NCBI GenBank assembly: GCA_034722275.1
Contig: JAYENW010000028.1
Span: forward strand, 1-57,641
Source: Chloroflexota bacterium
GTDB taxonomy: Bacteria > Chloroflexota > Dehalococcoidia > GIF9 > AB-539-J10
Reading direction: 5' to 3'
Length of the DNA stretch: 57,641 bases
Positions 54,743 through 57,641 of this stretch are shown piece by piece; within the stretch, counting starts at the first letter, position 1, and every line of letters starts with the position of its first letter. Below the pieces are notes generated by a model, which was not told the origin of the DNA, did not search any database, and saw nothing but the letters and a program-made list of their open reading frames with translations. Both the position numbers and the translations under genes were made by a program.

Positions 54743-54851
54743 ACTTGTTCCTCCTTTATCTTTAAGAATTAATAAAGCTGATGCTTACTTGTGCAGAAAG
54801 TTGTCTCACGGTGAGCTGTATCCCCTGACCACTTTATTCATAACTTTTGGC

Positions 54852-54880
54852 AACTTATCACGTTTCAAAACCTATGTCAA
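54852..54880 (-). promoter_or_regulatory. Candidate promoter of the acyl-CoA cluster
   Basis: TTGACA, 17-nt spacer, TAAGTT, about 110 nt upstream of the OYE start. Confidence 0.45.
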
Positions 54881-55141
54881 ATAACACCCGGGATGTTTTC
54901 TCAGTCCCCGCACCTGATGCCACAGGTAATTAAAAGGAGCAAGGAATACCAGAAACGAGATATTTTTGTGGGCAATATAATGGAGGATAGCCTGCTTTAT
55001 AATAAACATAAAGCTGAAAAATCAAAGATACTAGAAAAATTGAGGCTAATTACCAAATGAGATCAGCACGGTTGATAGGTAAGCGTTGGTAATTGATGGC
55101 TCCGAGTCGATAATCGTGGCTCGGTATCTTATAGCTTCAAG

Positions 55142-55215
55142 CGTCCCTGGCGGGACTCGAACCCACAACCCGCTGCTTAGAAGGCAGCCGCTCTATCCTA
55201 TTGAGCTACAGGGAC
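55142..55215 (-). tRNA. tRNA-Arg(TCT)
   Basis: GTCCCTGTAGCTCAATAGGATAGAGCGGCTGCCTTCTAAGCAGCGGGTTGTGGGTTCGAGTCCCGCCAGGGACG; anticodon TCT. Confidence 0.96.
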
Positions 55216-55256
55216 TCAACGTAAAATCAACTGGTTGCTCAAGATTATGTCGACTT

Positions 55257-55276
55257 TTAGCGTTAAATTAGCGTTA
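55257..55276. repeat. Tandem 9-mer TTAGCGTTA x2 (candidate integrase arm-binding sites)
   Basis: TTAGCGTTA-aa-TTAGCGTTA between the integrase stop and the tRNA-Arg 5' end. Confidence 0.5.
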
Positions 55277-55279
55277 TTT

Positions 55280-56425
55280 CTACTTTTCAATGCCATTGGC
55301 TTGATTTACTCCCGGTGGCATAATTTCGTCTAGTAACTCTATAGTATCACTCTGCATCCCCTCAATTATATGGGAGTAAACGTCCATTGTAAAGGCAACG
55401 CTGGAGTGTCCGAGGGCTTCAGAGATAACCTTTGGTTTAGCCCCCCTTAACAGCATAAGAGAGGCGAAGGTGTGCCTCAAACCATGGAAGCAGACATTCT
55501 CCAGTCCAGCTCTCTTTACTATCCTTGCGAAGGCATGGCTCAAAACGCCTGGGTCAAGTGGCTTGCCTTCTACATTGGCAAAGACAAGGTCATCAGGACG
55601 AGATAAACGGCCTAAATGCAAGAAGAACGATTCTCTTTCAGCTTTGTAGTCTTTCAAGAATATGGCCAGCTTCGGCGTCATGCTAACACGGCGTCTGCTA
55701 TGAGCGGTCTTAGGTTCTTTGAACTCACACACGCCGCGTCTCTTATAAAGCGTTCTGGGAACGATTATGGACTTGGAATCAAAGTCTATATCTCTCCATC
55801 TCAAGGCTAGTAATTCCGCTTGTCTAAGGCCACTGGAAACGGCTGTATAGATGACGGGATAGTATTGATTACCTGAGGCAGCTTCTAACAGAACTTCAAC
55901 CTCGGCCGGCGTTAGGGTCCGCATTTCCTTTTTAATAGCTTTGGGGGGATCCACTAGTTCACAGGGATTCCTTCCTAAATAGCCCTGTCTGACGGCGTAT
56001 TTCAACGCCTCAGACAGCACACGGTGCTGATGCAGAACGGTTCGGTTTGATAGCTTTTCACAAGCCTTGCCATAGCAAGTCTGTATCGCTTACGGTGTAA
56101 GCTGCTTCAATAGAATATGACCCAAGCTAGGTATTAGGTGATGTTGCACAATAGCCTGATAGCCGTCTAGCGTCCTTTGTGAGCAGTTTGTTTTGACATA
56201 GCCTTCAAGCCAGTTTCTAAGATGCTCTGCTAATGTAAGCTTTCCCGGCGGGGTGTAGATTCCTTTATCAAGCGAGGCTAATAGCTCAGTTAACCGTCTT
56301 TGAGCATCACCCTTTCGACCCCTAACCGTTTCAAAGTGACGTTTGGGCTTATCGTCTGGGTCTTTGCCAACATAGATTTGAATCTGCCAGGAATTTTTAC
56401 TCTTTTGTCTGATATAACCTCTCAT
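55280..56425 (-). pseudogene. Tyrosine recombinase/integrase interrupted by one in-frame TAA (56092-56090)
   Basis: MRGYIRQKSKNSWQI arm-binding domain, then LKQLTP*AIQTCYGKACEKLSNRTVLHQHRVLSEALKYA, and catalytic SGLRQAE, FHGLRH, LGHSS and DVYSH all in the same frame. Confidence 0.9.
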
Positions 56426-56480
56426 TTTTGACCTCCTTAAATTAAAGTTCACGGATTATGGTGATTATGGTAAGGGTTTA

Positions 56481-56496
56481 CCCTCCCGCTCAGCCA
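56481..56496 (+). repeat. tRNA 3'-end fragment (tRNA-Gln-like), candidate att core
   Basis: CCCTC-CCGCTCA-G-CCA parses as T-stem 3' strand, acceptor strand ending in A72, G73 and CCA; no full tRNA upstream. Confidence 0.45.
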
Positions 56497-56603
56497 GATA
56501 TTCGTGAAGAAATCGCTTAAACTTTGGTAGTGTAACATTGGGATGACATTTCTCCGGGGCATGAAGATTCTGTAGAATACAGGTTAGGTTAAGGAGGAAT
56601 ATT

Positions 56604-57626
56604 ATGATTGCCCTGGAGACAAGAGTGATGGTTAATCTTCCCTCGCATAGAGAGGTTTTAGAGGAAGTGAAGCTGGAGGTGCTCAAACTGGTAGGAGAAA
56701 AGCTCATAGAGTTCCAGGAGGAGCAGTTCATCGCCTGGTTTGGCAAGCGCTGGGAGCGAGAAAGGAATGCCAGGGGCATCATCCTGTGTCCTCAGTGTGG
56801 CGGGAGCCCTGGTTTTGAGAGAAGGGGGACGAGGGAGAGGTTCTTTAACACCCGCTATGGGAGAGTGGAAAGTGCTCTGCTCCAGGTCACTTGCAAGGGA
56901 TGTGGCTGCACCTTCTCCCCCTTCGTAGACTTTTTCTCAGTCAAGGGTAAGCGCTACTCCAGAGACCTGGTGGAGAGCCTGGTGCTTTCCGCCCTGACCG
57001 TTTCTTATCATGAGACCTCAAGGAGAGTAAAGCGGGAAGCGGGTATTAAGGCAGCAGCCATAACAGTATGGCGCCAACTGAAGGAGGCTTACCAGAAGTA
57101 TGAGCGAAGGGGAAAGAAAGCCGTCTCAAGCTCAGGTGGTATTCTGTTTGCCGACTCCACCGGGGTAAAGACCGGGAAGACCAGGAGAGGTTCGCCCCTG
57201 AACCTGGCTATCAAGGTGACTGGCAGGGAAGTCAGAGGTAAGAGAGCAATGCTCAAGAAGGAGATGGTCACTTTGAGCGTGGGCAAGTGGCGTGAGGATG
57301 AGCTAAAGGGTGTACAGGCCGATTTGAGCGTCACCGACGGAGATCCCGAGCTTAGAGGTGTTTTGTCTCGCACTCAGCCGCGTCTCCCCTCGCAGCGATG
57401 CCTCTTCCACGCCCCAAGGGATCTCTACTGGGCTCTTTACAGGGATGGAGCCGAAGGGGAACGAGCATACTGGGAAGATAGGCTAGGGGGAGAAATGTGG
57501 AAACCATCGACTGAGGGGATAGCAGGCGTCAATCGCCTAATTGCTGACCTTGACTCCAGAGGACTTAGCTCGGCTGCCACCTATTTGAGAAATGCCAGAA
57601 GTGAGACTCAATGGGACAAGGCTTGA
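56604..57626 (+). mobile_element. DDE transposase of the ISH6/ISLre2 (UPF0236)/IS256-related group, probably C-terminally truncated
   Basis: CPQC and CKGC Zn motifs, TRYGRV, LFADSTG, VTDGD, QRCLFH and AATYLRNA; AAGGAGG RBS; visibly more G+C-rich than the flanks. Confidence 0.8.
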
Positions 57627-57641
57627 ATTCTGAGGGCGGGC

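Noticed and set aside
56090-56092. Programmed readthrough of the integrase TAA
   Set aside because: TAA is the least leaky stop and no recoding signal is evident; a nonsense mutation is simpler.
56469-56482. Second GGTAA-N4-TTACC palindrome upstream of the integrase
   Set aside because: It matches the candidate NrpR operator but overlaps the att-like relic and has no nitrogen-related context, so it is treated as probable coincidence.

Overview
A 57.6-kb, mostly core-genome block from an anaerobic bacterium. Gene content and order suggest Chloroflexota, class Dehalococcoidia, but this is inferred and was not searched. Mobile-element junctions at tRNA genes bound it on both sides. On the left, the tail of a probable large serine recombinase runs antisense through tRNA-Lys. 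On the right are tRNA-Arg, a tyrosine integrase broken by one in-frame TAA, a tRNA-Gln-like 3' fragment and a truncated ISH6/ISLre2-like transposase. Between them lie: (1) repair and proteostasis genes (uvrB, ruvA, ruvC, yebC, lon, hsp20, gyrA); (2) lysC and an apgM-like gene; (3) a stand-alone trpB2 behind a T-box-like leader; (4) a nitrogen/glutamine supercluster (nrpR, two hisF, hisH, pdxT, Gln-dependent nadE, a split archaeal-type glutamate synthase with Fe-S and flavoprotein partners, glnA) with a candidate NrpR operator; (5) a formate module (FNT channel, two small membrane proteins, Cys-type FdhA, AsrA- and AsrB-like subunits); (6) the tuf-rpmG-secE-nusG-rplKAJL cluster with three tRNAs and an L10 leader; (7) eno, pth and ligA; and (8) an acyl-CoA catabolic cluster (OYE reductase, ferredoxin, VOC protein, Cys-less HMG-CoA-synthase-like/DUF35 fusion, SCP2-type thiolase, HADH-ECH). 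The best candidates for undescribed biology are the hisH/hisF genes stitched into the NrpR-associated GOGAT operon, the FdhA plus sulfhydrogenase-like module, the PhlABC-like thiolase complex and the atypical trpB2 leader. Three apparent single-base deletions in short homopolymers (two in pdxT, one in gltB3) may be sequencing errors. No CRISPR array or rRNA was seen. All calls come from motif recognition; no database searches were run.
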